Position numbers and translations under genes: made by a program
Source: Leptospiraceae bacterium
Lineage (GTDB): Bacteria; Spirochaetota; Leptospiria; Leptospirales; Leptonemataceae
Length of the DNA stretch: 64,000 nt
Direction: 5' to 3'
NCBI GenBank assembly: GCA_040217195.1
Contig: JAVJNR010000009.1
Span: forward strand, 64,001-128,000
The notes under the pieces: generated by a model
What the model was told of the DNA's origin: nothing
The model's input: the letters and a program-made list of their open reading frames with translations, nothing else
Database searches by the model: none
Shown: positions 52,201-61,426 of the stretch, piece by piece
Numbering within the stretch: the stretch's first letter is position 1
Layout of the letters: each line of letters opens with the position of its first letter

Positions 52201-55200
52201 CGTTTCGCGGTTCATGGAAACGGGGCGAAATTACCCCGGCTCCGAGATTGACCGGGACATCTTTCAAAATCTTCGCTACAAGGGATATCTGGCCCTTCCC
52301 ATGACCGTTAACAAAGAGCCCGTAGCGTTGCTCAATTTCACCTCCTATGGAGCAGATCTACGATTAAGCAGGGCAGACCGGGAAGAACTGGGCACTCTTG
52401 CCGATCAGCTGGCAGGCATCATCCGATCCAGGCAGCTGGCCGAGAACCTGTCCAGAGAGAAAAAGCGGGCCGAGCAGGAGAAAGCAGAGAACGAGGTTCT
52501 GGCAAATCTGGCCCGGCGCGCCAACGAAGGCGCTGGCATAGAAGACATACTGATCGAGACTTCCCGAATCACGGAGGCTCACTGCGGTGTATCCAGACTG
52601 GGTCTTTACCTGGTCGATACGGAGAAAAACACGCTTGAGTTGCATTCATTCCTATCGTCGGGCGAAGTGAACGATGAACGGCCGGTACCGGATATTATCA
52701 AATCCATACCCATAGAATTCGAAAGCGGAAGTCTGGCCGCTGTAGTACAGCGAATGCGAAAGATGTTTCTTCCCTCCATCAGGCCTCCGTTTCTGGAGGC
52801 TTCGCCCGTAGATGCCGCTCAAGTAGAGTTTCACAAATTTGATTGGTTTCTTCAAGCACCGTTGATGACCGGAGGTTCCATGATCGGCGTATTGGCCTTT
52901 GTAGGTTCACAGGATCATCGCCCTGGCCTGCGCCAAAGACAGCTGATGGGTCGCATCGTAGATCAGATTGCAGGTGCCGTTCAGAGCAAGCAACTTCTGG
53001 ATCAGGTGGAGGACGCACGAAGAGACAGCGAGGCGCTGGCAGAACTGGCCCGCCGTGCAGATGCAGGCGCCGATCTTTTTGAAATTGGAGAACTGGTACT
53101 GGATTATGCGCGGGCAAAGTGCGGAGTAGATACTCTGGGTCTATACACCGTCAACCGGGAGCTCAATCGACTGGAAGTACAGGCCTTCGCGCGAAAAGGT
53201 CCGATTGAGCCGGGAAGCGTGCTGCCCGATGAACTGCGCTTTCCTCCACTGTTTGAGCAGACCGGTTCCCTGAGTCAGGTCGTATCCCGAGGCAGGCCTC
53301 TTTATATGGACCGACTGCCGGAACGACTGAAACGAAAAATGAGCGACCATGACCGAAAGAACCTGGAGTTCATGCAATTTGACTGGTTTCTGGATATTCC
53401 AATGATTGCTCAAGAAGAGGTAATTGGAGTCATTGCTTTTGCCGGCCCCGCCAGGCAGAAGCTTTCAGAAAGCGAAAGAAATTTTCTGGAACGGATCACA
53501 GTACAGGTGTCCGGTTCTGTAAAGAACCGACAGCTCTTGAAGCAGGTAGAATCGGAGCGAAACGTAGCTCGCACTCTACAGAAAGAAACAGAAGGTCTGA
53601 ATCAATTACTCAAGCGCATCGCGCCGATGGAAGACCTGGAAGAAATCATGGAGGAGGTTATGGCATTCTCAAAGGATGCATATGACATAGGTGTTTATTC
53701 CCTGTATTCCGTGGACAATGAAAGAAAGCAGATGCAAGCACTTGCCATGAACTTCCCTGATCATATAGGACCAGAAGACCGGCAATACATTATGGAGACT
53801 CCGGTTCCGCTGGATTTTCGCGGAGGGGCCTTTACCATAGCCTATCGTCGCAGCCCGCGATACACTTATTTTAAAAATGCGAAGCAAGAAGGCACATCAC
53901 CAATTGAAGAATTTGTCAGCAAGAAGTACGACTTAACGAACATGGTGGTCTATCCGCTTATGGAAGGCGACCAGGTAATGGTTTTCCTGAATTTTTTAAC
54001 CTACAATAAAGAAGGCCTGAACAGGGATCAGCTGAGTCAACTCTCCATTTTGAGCGATCAGATCTCAGGAATTATCAGGATGAACGGATTGATCCGCGAA
54101 GTGAAAGAGCAGAGCGTGCGCACAGAAGCCGCGAGAAAGGAAACCGATATGCTGGCCGAACTCTCCAGGAAGGCCAACGAAGCAACAGACCTGGAAGCTG
54201 TGAGCCAGACACTCTTTGACCATCTTCGCGAGTCCCTTGAACTGGACGACTTCTGTTTGTTTGTCCTGGAGCCCGAAACCAGGTTGCTGCATGCGGCAGC
54301 CTGGGACACATCCGCCGCCGAGGATCCGGAAACCAGGCGATGGCTGGAAACCACGCACCATAAACTGGAACCGGATGTGGGAACCCTTTACCGCACCTAT
54401 TCAAAAAAGAAAACAACCTATCTGCCTCGTTTTCCGGAAGCATTTTTTGCACCCGGAGATCGGATCATTGTAGAAAAACTAAAACTAACCTCAGCTCTTC
54501 AAGTACCTCTACTCATCCAGGATGAGGTTATTGGGTTCCTTACCTCCGGCCCCCGCCGGCGATTGACCAGGGAGGAGATCACTTCGGTGGAACGATTCTG
54601 CAACCAGGTGGCCGGCGCCATTCGCGCAACAGCTTTGCTCAACAGCACAGCGCAGGCGCGGCAGCGGGCCGAGAATGCCAGGCGTGAAACCGAAGCCCTG
54701 GCCGTTCTTTCCAGAGAAGCAAACGAAACCGTAAACCTGGAGAATCTTTCACAAACCGTTTTTCATCTAATGCGTCAGACTCTGGATCTGGAAAATTTCA
54801 CTTTATTCATCGTGGACGATCAGGACAGCGAGCTTCTTCCAGCAAAATGGGATACAGTGCAGGATGTCAGTGAATGGAAACGGAACTTTCGCGTACCACT
54901 ACAACCCGACGCGGGAACGCTGCATCGGACGTGGAGTCGTAAACGTACCCTCTATTTGCCCGCATTTCCGGAAGAATTCGGGGGATGGGCGGACCAGGAA
55001 ATCGTCGGGAATTTGAAGATTGAATCCGTACTGCAAATCCCGCTGGTGGTATCCGACCGAGTCGTAGGCATCTTCGCATGTGGTCCTACCAGGAAACTGA
55101 ATCGTGAGGAAATTCGATCCGCAGAGCGTTATATTCAACAGATTGCCGGCGCAGTAAGGATCATTGCTCTGCTCCAGGCCACCCAGGAGGCCCGAGAAGA

Positions 55201-56182
55201 AGCTGAGGTGGCCAAAGAGGAGGCAGAAGTAGCCCGGGCCGAGTCCGATGCTTTGCTGGAGAATGTGCTGCCCAGCGTAACCGCAAAAGAGCTAAAAGAG
55301 TCCGGCCGAGTGGAACCTGTGTACTTTGACAACGTTTCCGTGATGTTCACAGACTTTGTAGGATTCACAAAGGCAGCGGCCCGGCTGACTCCTGCCGAGC
55401 TTATCCAGGAGCTGGATGGTTGCTTTTCGCAATTCGATGAGGTATCCCGCCGAAACAATCTGGAAAAGCTAAAGACCATTGGTGATGCCTATATGTGCGC
55501 GGGAGGCCTGCCGGTGCCCAACGAAGGTCATGCTATCGATGCCTGCTTGACCGCCCTTGAATTTCGCAGCTTCATGAATCAGATGGCAGCAGTAAAAGGA
55601 CAGCTGGGCTATGAATTCTGGCAGATTCGCATTGGCATACACAGCGGGCCGGTTACGGCCGGCGTCATTGGCCAGAACAAGTTCTCCTACGATATCTGGG
55701 GCGATACGGTAAACGTGGCCAGCCGCATGGAATCCTCGGGCAGCCCGGGAATGGTTAATATTTCAGGTGCCACCTACGAACTCGTCAAAGATCTATTCCA
55801 ATGCGAATATCGAGGCAAAGTTCAGGCCAAGGGAAAGGGCGAACTGGACATGTACTTTGTGCATAGAATCAAGCCGGAACTTTCTGCAGATGAGGGAGGA
55901 CTGCTTCCCAATGCCATGTTTGAGCTTGCACGGACGGATATGGACATGGACGAAATCAATGCCATGAAATCAGAAATCCATGAGAATCATGCCGCCTCCA
56001 GGTATCCAGATAAATCGGAACCTGATACAGGGTCCACACAGGCACAGAATAATACCTCCACTGGTAAGTCGAAAGCCTCAAGCGGCGACCAAAAAGCCGA
56101 TCGGCGCGCCGGGTCGGAAAGAAGAAAACATGCGGGGGCCCGACCACTGTCCGAACTGGACAAAGAAAGACAGGGCTGGTAA
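49292..56182 (+). CDS. Giant adenylate cyclase 3: 7TM-DISM-type sensor, 8 GAF-like modules, class III cyclase, conserved tail
   Basis: ORF 49214-56182; METISQ start at 49292 matches the cyclase 2 start; lipobox-like AIGC; sensor and catalytic domains nearly identical to cyclase 2. Confidence 0.92.
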   Translation: METISQKYSRSGNTKGTGFQLADLLLASILFWLPKRIVSLLAGIPARLRLFFPVRSFMSAAIPGPLFLIALFSMVAIGCFQSARPGPPVARDGVLDLRQWDFESNGSANLSGDWKLVWGQFASPNSPLRNAYDARVPRSWDHLGIEGVSGRGFGTLQLVLQGLPETTSGLTISLPSMTGAYRLYCGESLIAATGTAGNSYETTTPERIPRVAILPTECIKENQAVLTWHVANFRHRTGGGAAELTSTMTIGLPAQTMSSVYRRHLADLSLLAIAFIMALYHLVYWLFRRDDVQLVLFSAVAALFCVRITGTQTLLQQAFPSADFYEIEFMLEYLGYYLLVPVFFSYLRAWYPGEFNRFVSYTLWIIGGLFSATVLFGPVDFYSNYIRYYESVSLAAFLYTLIALGFAIVRKRRGAWILNAGVWIIIGTATHDILGNMGVLQSETYLAQFGFLTFLLSQSSLMAALFSDAFRRAEDLSENLEKKVVSRTGELAREKDRAETARATALAEQLESEILADLAQQANRGTDAKSLLDPLARVLTARLGADRLGLWVARDDGYLELVAGFADGQPTDPKQYSDVVARISTGEKGGILARGYREGRIIYVPRVNRKLLENSPVDREIQSTWKFDWFVNLPLVVDRGSVGMIAASGPRAKRIPRKEIRFLERAAATVASATQKQMLLERIEEEKDAAKKLERETRALAEFTRRLNERQDLNSIVSEVCQYSVNSMALRGAYVTVINEKEREFQSIGGYGLDYNDQQMAFVRSSRVPLSQESGLIYSTYRRKKNVHLRRLRQSSSPVDEYAREILQLNSIAHFPLLLEGNVIGVLAVDPGRRKLSQKDLGKLQNYADQVTGAINNAALLQQVQQQRMSIEGLARITETAASTDNLDEILNQIFHYVHSRFGILSGLVMVPNEDRTELQSIKVHTFEDKESLQLAAAGEYAEGLSVAINLQGGTLARTFLRGRPFYVPDVSRFMETGRNYPGSEIDRDIFQNLRYKGYLALPMTVNKEPVALLNFTSYGADLRLSRADREELGTLADQLAGIIRSRQLAENLSREKKRAEQEKAENEVLANLARRANEGAGIEDILIETSRITEAHCGVSRLGLYLVDTEKNTLELHSFLSSGEVNDERPVPDIIKSIPIEFESGSLAAVVQRMRKMFLPSIRPPFLEASPVDAAQVEFHKFDWFLQAPLMTGGSMIGVLAFVGSQDHRPGLRQRQLMGRIVDQIAGAVQSKQLLDQVEDARRDSEALAELARRADAGADLFEIGELVLDYARAKCGVDTLGLYTVNRELNRLEVQAFARKGPIEPGSVLPDELRFPPLFEQTGSLSQVVSRGRPLYMDRLPERLKRKMSDHDRKNLEFMQFDWFLDIPMIAQEEVIGVIAFAGPARQKLSESERNFLERITVQVSGSVKNRQLLKQVESERNVARTLQKETEGLNQLLKRIAPMEDLEEIMEEVMAFSKDAYDIGVYSLYSVDNERKQMQALAMNFPDHIGPEDRQYIMETPVPLDFRGGAFTIAYRRSPRYTYFKNAKQEGTSPIEEFVSKKYDLTNMVVYPLMEGDQVMVFLNFLTYNKEGLNRDQLSQLSILSDQISGIIRMNGLIREVKEQSVRTEAARKETDMLAELSRKANEATDLEAVSQTLFDHLRESLELDDFCLFVLEPETRLLHAAAWDTSAAEDPETRRWLETTHHKLEPDVGTLYRTYSKKKTTYLPRFPEAFFAPGDRIIVEKLKLTSALQVPLLIQDEVIGFLTSGPRRRLTREEITSVERFCNQVAGAIRATALLNSTAQARQRAENARRETEALAVLSREANETVNLENLSQTVFHLMRQTLDLENFTLFIVDDQDSELLPAKWDTVQDVSEWKRNFRVPLQPDAGTLHRTWSRKRTLYLPAFPEEFGGWADQEIVGNLKIESVLQIPLVVSDRVVGIFACGPTRKLNREEIRSAERYIQQIAGAVRIIALLQATQEAREEAEVAKEEAEVARAESDALLENVLPSVTAKELKESGRVEPVYFDNVSVMFTDFVGFTKAAARLTPAELIQELDGCFSQFDEVSRRNNLEKLKTIGDAYMCAGGLPVPNEGHAIDACLTALEFRSFMNQMAAVKGQLGYEFWQIRIGIHSGPVTAGVIGQNKFSYDIWGDTVNVASRMESSGSPGMVNISGATYELVKDLFQCEYRGKVQAKGKGELDMYFVHRIKPELSADEGGLLPNAMFELARTDMDMDEINAMKSEIHENHAASRYPDKSEPDTGSTQAQNNTSTGKSKASSGDQKADRRAGSERRKHAGARPLSELDKERQGW

Positions 56183-56328
56183 TGCCAATACCTGAGGGTG
56201 CCAGACTGAGCGATTTCACTTCGCAGGATGCTAATTGCATCAAAAGAATCACGTCTATATAGTTGCCGTTCGCCCCTGGTTAAAGCATCTAATTCGCAGA
56301 GGCATCATAATTCATCGCTGACTTCCCT

Positions 56329-56344
56329 CCCCCTGAACAGGGGG
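56329..56344 (+). promoter_or_regulatory. 7-2-7 palindromic box, copy 6 (perfect arms)
   Basis: ccccctg-aa-caggggg then ttttt; TTGCGC at 56372. Confidence 0.75.
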
Positions 56345-56538
56345 TTTTTGCTCCCGGACCAGGAATTGGTATTGCGCATCCCTTACCGTAGTATCTTCTA
56401 ATGCCCCTGAGCAAGGAAACTGGTTTGCTAGCGCCGGGGGATAACCTATTGCTTTCTGTCCAGGATCAGTAACGTTGCGAAAGAGCCGGCGCAGGCAATC
56501 CTTTTTGCCGGACAAAGAGCCACAGAGGAGAATTGGGA

Positions 56539-57015
56539 ATGTCAATACTGACCGATGAAATGATAGGGATCTGGAATGGTCCTGTAATGGGAGCAATCTG
56601 CACCGTAAACTCCCGACTGGAACCGTTCTATACAAGAGTCTGGGGAGCTACCGGGAAAGCCGGAGAAGCAACCATGAATTGTTTTATTCCGGAATCCCTT
56701 TCCGCTCGGCCACTGGCCGATCTCAAAGAACGCCCGAGGCTAGCAATTAACATGGTGGATGCTACCAATTTTTCCGGATACCAATTCAAAGGCCCCTTTC
56801 TGCAATCGATGAAAGCCACCCCCGAGGAAGAAGAGTACCTGGCAGGTATCAAGGCAAATACTCTTCATGTAGTAAGTCAGTTCTTTGGAGCGTCCGCCGG
56901 AGCAGGCTGGGAACGCTATATAATCAGTCCTGCCATTCGCCTGGAAATACAAGTAGAAGAAATCTACAACCAGGCCCCCGGCATGATGACCGCAGAAGAG
57001 AGGAAAATAGTATGA
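56539..57015 (+). CDS. Divergent PNPOx-like split-barrel protein
   Basis: GPVMGAICTVNSRLEP, YQFKG, VEEIYNQAPG; GAGGAG RBS before ATG 56539; ATGA overlap with the next gene. Confidence 0.7.
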   Translation: MSILTDEMIGIWNGPVMGAICTVNSRLEPFYTRVWGATGKAGEATMNCFIPESLSARPLADLKERPRLAINMVDATNFSGYQFKGPFLQSMKATPEEEEYLAGIKANTLHVVSQFFGASAGAGWERYIISPAIRLEIQVEEIYNQAPGMMTAEERKIV

Positions 57016-57422
57016 AGTTGCCCGAAGAGATCAAACCAGCGCTACAGGGTGTCATCCCGGCTACCATCGCCACATGCGATCCATCCGGCAATCCGAATGC
57101 CACTATATTGTCCCAGGTTTTCCCTGTAGACGATGAGCATATTGCATTGTCCCATCAATTCTTTACCAAGACCTACCAGAACATTCGAACACACCCAAAA
57201 GTACACATACAGGTGGTGCATCCTGCCGATTGCACCCCCTGGTTACTGGAAGCGGAATTTGTAAGAGAAGAAACGGAAGGTCCTTTGTTCGAACAGATGG
57301 ATATGCAACTGGAAGCCATTGCTTCCATGTCCGGAATGGCCGATGTATTTAAGCTACACTCCGCTCTTGTTTGCAAGGTCCTGAGCGCATCCATTCTCGA
57401 AGGAGCCCAGAGGCCTGCATGA
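57012..57422 (+). CDS. Pyridoxamine 5'-phosphate oxidase-like (FMN-binding split barrel) protein
   Basis: GVIPATIATCDPSGNPNATILSQV, IALSHQFFTKTYQNI, GPLFEQM, IASMSGMADVFKL. Confidence 0.85.
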   Translation: MKLPEEIKPALQGVIPATIATCDPSGNPNATILSQVFPVDDEHIALSHQFFTKTYQNIRTHPKVHIQVVHPADCTPWLLEAEFVREETEGPLFEQMDMQLEAIASMSGMADVFKLHSALVCKVLSASILEGAQRPA

Positions 57423-57423
57423 C

Positions 57424-60400
57424 ATGAGCTTTGAATCCGAGATCAGCCCGGACGAGGATTCCGCCGTTTGCGTCAACCAGCTGCGGCAGCAACTGGCTCG
57501 CAAGGAAAGAGAGTTCCAGGTGATCCATGAGCTTTCGTCTGAAATCAATACTACGCTGGATCCGGATCGAATCTTCAAGGTTTCCATGGATGGCCTGGAC
57601 CAGGCTTTCGATTTTCACCATTCTCTGATTCTGCTAACTGATGAAGCCGGTAAGAATCTGGAAGTTGTGGCCAGCCATGGTTATCCGGACCCGGGCCTGG
57701 GAGCCACACTGCCGGTGGGCATGGGCGTCATTGGTGTTGCCGCAAAAAGAAAGAAGCTACTGAGATCGGTGGCGATAACCTACCAATCCCTGTATGCTCG
57801 GATGACCATGATGGGAAAGGCAGACCAGGTGAAGAACCGGAGTCCCATGCCCGGGCTGGAAAATGCGGCCAGTCAGATGGCCATTCCACTCATTGTACAG
57901 GATGCTTTGATCGGAATCTATGCGGTGGAAAGCCCGGCGGTGGGGGCCTTTGATTCTCTGGATGAGCAACTTCTTTCCATCATCGGAAGCATGGTGGGTG
58001 CCGCCATAGCAAATGCAAGAACCTATCGGGACGTGGAGGATTTAAGCAGAAACCTGGAACAAAAGGTTCAGCGCCGCACAGAAGAGCTCAATTCTCTAAA
58101 TACACTTACGCGTACAGTAAACCGAAGTCATCAGCTAGAAACGATAGTCCGGGACACAGCGCAATACATGGTAAGACATCTGGCCGTGCGAAAGATGTTT
58201 CTCTTTCTGTTGAACTCTGAAGAAAATGAAATTCGGGGAATGGCAGGCTATTTAGAGACTCTCAGTGATGAACAGCAAGACCTACTAAAAAACTTTCGAG
58301 CCCGGGTGGAGCCAGAGCTGGGCACGTTGTACCGTACTATTCAGCGAAAAAGGACCGTGTACCTGGATCTCACTCGAATCAAGCAGGCCCGCTCTGCAGC
58401 AGACCGGTTTGTTATAGAACAAATTGGACTGAGCAGCGTCATCCAGATTCCTGTTATGGTGAGCGGCCGCGTTCTGGGAGTGGCCTGTATGGATCCTGGC
58501 GGGTTTCGCATGGATCGTGCCGCACTGCGCAAACTGGAATCCGTGGTAGCCCAGATTGCAGGCGCTGCAGACAACGCCTATCTTCTGGAACAGGTAAGCG
58601 CACAGAAACAGGATGCCTTACGAGAACGGGCGGATAGTGAAATTCTGGCAGAAGTGGCCCGCAGAGCAAACGAGGCCCGCAGCAGCGAGGAAATCCTGCA
58701 ATTGATGGCCGAACATGTACTCGGACATTGTGCTGTGAACACCATATCCCTGCGATTGGTAGATCCCACCGGCGAACTGTTGGAAACTCATTCTGTGATA
58801 GAAGACGGCATCCGAACCAGCCTGGACGATTTGCCCGCAGAAATCCGGTCTATACCGCTAAAATATGAAAGCGGAAGTCTGTACCAGGTCTTTTCCAGGA
58901 ATCGCAAGATGTATCTGCCTCGCATCCGGCCCTCCTTTGTGCAGAATTCCCCGGTGGATCAGACCATTCATGCCCATCACGGATTTGAGTGGTTTTTGAA
59001 CGTTCCTCTGTCAATCCAGGGCAGTGTCATCGGCATTTTCAGTTTCGCTGGCAAGAAAGCAAACCTGCCGGACTTTAGAGCGCGATTATTAATGGAACGA
59101 ATGGTTGCACAGGTGGCCGGAGCTGTTCATAGCAAGCAGCTACTGCTGCAGGTTCAGGAAGAAAGAAACATTGCCACACGACTCCAGGAAGAGACAGAAG
59201 GCCTCAATCAATTGCTCAAGCGAATCGCCAGCATTGAAGATATCCAGGAATTGATGAATGTAGTCCAGAAGTATGTTGCGAAGGCATACGATATCCATTA
59301 CTACTCTCTCTACTCCATGGACCCGGAAAACCAACAGGTAGTGCCGACCGCGCTGAACATTCCCGAATGGATTTCAGGAGATGACCTGGAGCATATTCGC
59401 ACGACTCCCGTGCCACTAAATGTTCGATTTGGAGCTCTAAGCGTGGCCTACCGCAGAGTCCCGAATTACACATACTACAGGTCTCTTCGCCCATCCATTG
59501 CTTCCGACATTGAACGATTCATTATCGAAAAATACAGGATGAACAATCTGGTGGTCTACCCATTGATGAATAACAATGAGCCCATCGCTTTCCTGAATTT
59601 TATGACTCACACTGAGGGAGGGCTCAATCGGGAACAACTGAATCAACTCTCTATTTTGAGCGATCAGATCTCCGGCATTATTCGGATGAATGGACTACTT
59701 CGCGAAATAAAAGAAGAAGGGCGAAAGACCGAACAGGCCCGGGCCGAAACCCAGGCTCTGGCCACTCTTTCAAGGCATGCCAACGAAAGCACAAACCTGG
59801 AAAGTATTTGCCACGCTCTTTTTACCTATCTGGAAGATACCCTCAGTCTTACGAACTTCTGTCTATTTATGGTGGATCAGCCCCGGTCCGAGATCTATGT
59901 CGTTGCAGGTGCCGGCGCTGGGTGGTCCACTCACATTCAGGAGTGGACCCGGGATCTGAGAATTAAGTTGGAACCAGAATCCGGCACCCTTTATAGCACG
60001 TATAGTAGGCAAAAACCCATGTACCTTCGGCGAATTCCTGGAAACATGGATTCAGCTGTGGATCTGACCATAGTAGAAAAATTCAATCTTGATTCTATAT
60101 TGCAGGTGCCTCTGGTCATCCAGGGAAATACCATCGGAATACTGGCCTGCGAACCATCCCGAAGGCTCCGCCCGGAAGATATTCAATCCGTTGAACGATT
60201 TTGTAATCAGATCGCAGGCGCCATGCGAACCATGGCTTTGCTTCAGATCACCCAGGAGGCCCGGGAAGAAGCCGTGGTGGCCAAAGAGGAAGCGGAGCAG
60301 GCCCGGGCCGAATCCGATGCACTCCTGGACAATGTGCTTCCGGCTGCTGCAGCAAGAGAACTCAAAGAAACCGGCCGAGTCGAACCCATATACTTTGACT

Positions 60401-61269
60401 CCGTTTCAGTGCTTTTCACAGACTTCGTAGGATTCACCAGGGCGGCCGCCAACCTGACACCTGCCGAACTGATCCAGGAACTGGATGGTTGCTTTTCTCA
60501 GTTCGACGAAGTAAGTCGCAGAAACAACCTGGAAAAACTGAAAACAATCGGCGATGCCTATATGTGTGCAGGCGGTCTCCCGGAACCCGGTAATTCCCAT
60601 CCTGTGGACATCTGCCTGGCTGCACTTGAGCTACGAGCGTTCATGCAGCAAATGGCAGAAGTGAAGCAACAACTGGGATTTCAATTCTGGCAGATTAGAA
60701 TCGGAATTCATACTGGCCCGGTTACCGCCGGCATTATTGGACAGAATAAATTTGCATACGATATCTGGGGAGATACCGTCAACGTAGCCAGCAGAATGGA
60801 GTCCTCCGGAAGTCCCGGTATGATCAACATCTCTGGATCCACGTATTCGCTGGTCAAAAATCTGTTCGAATGCGAACACCGGGGCAAAGTAGAGGCAAAA
60901 GGTAAAGGCGAAATGGATATGTATTTTCTGCATCGTATCAAGCCCGAACTTTCTGCCGATGAAGAAGGATTGCTACCAAATGCAATGTTTGAAATGGCTC
61001 GCACCGATCTGGATAGAGATGAGATCCATTCGCTCAAGCAGGGTCCCTCAGAGACTCCCGGATTTCGATCTTCTGAAAGTTACAGCGAAGGGGCTACCGA
61101 TGAGATAGCTCATTCAGCCACAAATTGCGGGTTTCAGACCTCTTTGAATCAGTCTGATAACAGCGTAGAGAGTGGACAGTGTATTTCGGACAGAAAGCAA
61201 TCCATCCGAAAAAAGCCAGCAGGAGCCCGGCCGCTATCCGAGATCGATGCGGACCGCGAGGGCTGGTAA
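57424..61269 (+). CDS. Soluble adenylate cyclase 4: 5 GAF-like modules, class III cyclase, conserved tail
   Basis: No TM segment; first GAF is canonical (VASHGY, GVIGVAA, SQMAIPL, AVES, AFD), followed by four family-specific modules; intact catalytic motifs. Confidence 0.92.
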   Translation: MSFESEISPDEDSAVCVNQLRQQLARKEREFQVIHELSSEINTTLDPDRIFKVSMDGLDQAFDFHHSLILLTDEAGKNLEVVASHGYPDPGLGATLPVGMGVIGVAAKRKKLLRSVAITYQSLYARMTMMGKADQVKNRSPMPGLENAASQMAIPLIVQDALIGIYAVESPAVGAFDSLDEQLLSIIGSMVGAAIANARTYRDVEDLSRNLEQKVQRRTEELNSLNTLTRTVNRSHQLETIVRDTAQYMVRHLAVRKMFLFLLNSEENEIRGMAGYLETLSDEQQDLLKNFRARVEPELGTLYRTIQRKRTVYLDLTRIKQARSAADRFVIEQIGLSSVIQIPVMVSGRVLGVACMDPGGFRMDRAALRKLESVVAQIAGAADNAYLLEQVSAQKQDALRERADSEILAEVARRANEARSSEEILQLMAEHVLGHCAVNTISLRLVDPTGELLETHSVIEDGIRTSLDDLPAEIRSIPLKYESGSLYQVFSRNRKMYLPRIRPSFVQNSPVDQTIHAHHGFEWFLNVPLSIQGSVIGIFSFAGKKANLPDFRARLLMERMVAQVAGAVHSKQLLLQVQEERNIATRLQEETEGLNQLLKRIASIEDIQELMNVVQKYVAKAYDIHYYSLYSMDPENQQVVPTALNIPEWISGDDLEHIRTTPVPLNVRFGALSVAYRRVPNYTYYRSLRPSIASDIERFIIEKYRMNNLVVYPLMNNNEPIAFLNFMTHTEGGLNREQLNQLSILSDQISGIIRMNGLLREIKEEGRKTEQARAETQALATLSRHANESTNLESICHALFTYLEDTLSLTNFCLFMVDQPRSEIYVVAGAGAGWSTHIQEWTRDLRIKLEPESGTLYSTYSRQKPMYLRRIPGNMDSAVDLTIVEKFNLDSILQVPLVIQGNTIGILACEPSRRLRPEDIQSVERFCNQIAGAMRTMALLQITQEAREEAVVAKEEAEQARAESDALLDNVLPAAAARELKETGRVEPIYFDSVSVLFTDFVGFTRAAANLTPAELIQELDGCFSQFDEVSRRNNLEKLKTIGDAYMCAGGLPEPGNSHPVDICLAALELRAFMQQMAEVKQQLGFQFWQIRIGIHTGPVTAGIIGQNKFAYDIWGDTVNVASRMESSGSPGMINISGSTYSLVKNLFECEHRGKVEAKGKGEMDMYFLHRIKPELSADEEGLLPNAMFEMARTDLDRDEIHSLKQGPSETPGFRSSESYSEGATDEIAHSATNCGFQTSLNQSDNSVESGQCISDRKQSIRKKPAGARPLSEIDADREGW

Positions 61270-61426
61270 TCGGAACCGCATTCGGACGTCGATGGAAATA
61301 TTTTTAGTCAATTGTGTAACCCGGATTTATGGATCATCGAATTTGAGAACCGGAAGGGACCGAGGAAAATAATGTAATCGGGCCGCCATATTCCGAAATA
61401 CTGGATATTACATAAGGGGTTCCCAT

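Noticed and set aside
40060..56380. Sigma54 promoters at the GG...TTGC elements downstream of the boxes
   Set aside because: GG-to-GC spacing is 8 nt in two copies instead of 10, and the TGGCAC element is absent
29129..61037. Many short ORFs inside or antisense to the giant cyclases, some similar to each other
   Set aside because: Their mutual similarity follows from the paralogous sense-strand genes; no independent coding evidence
29040..61269. Guanylate or diguanylate cyclase assignment
   Set aside because: No GGDEF motif; substrate-specifying residues are Lys/Asp (ATP) rather than Glu/Cys (GTP)
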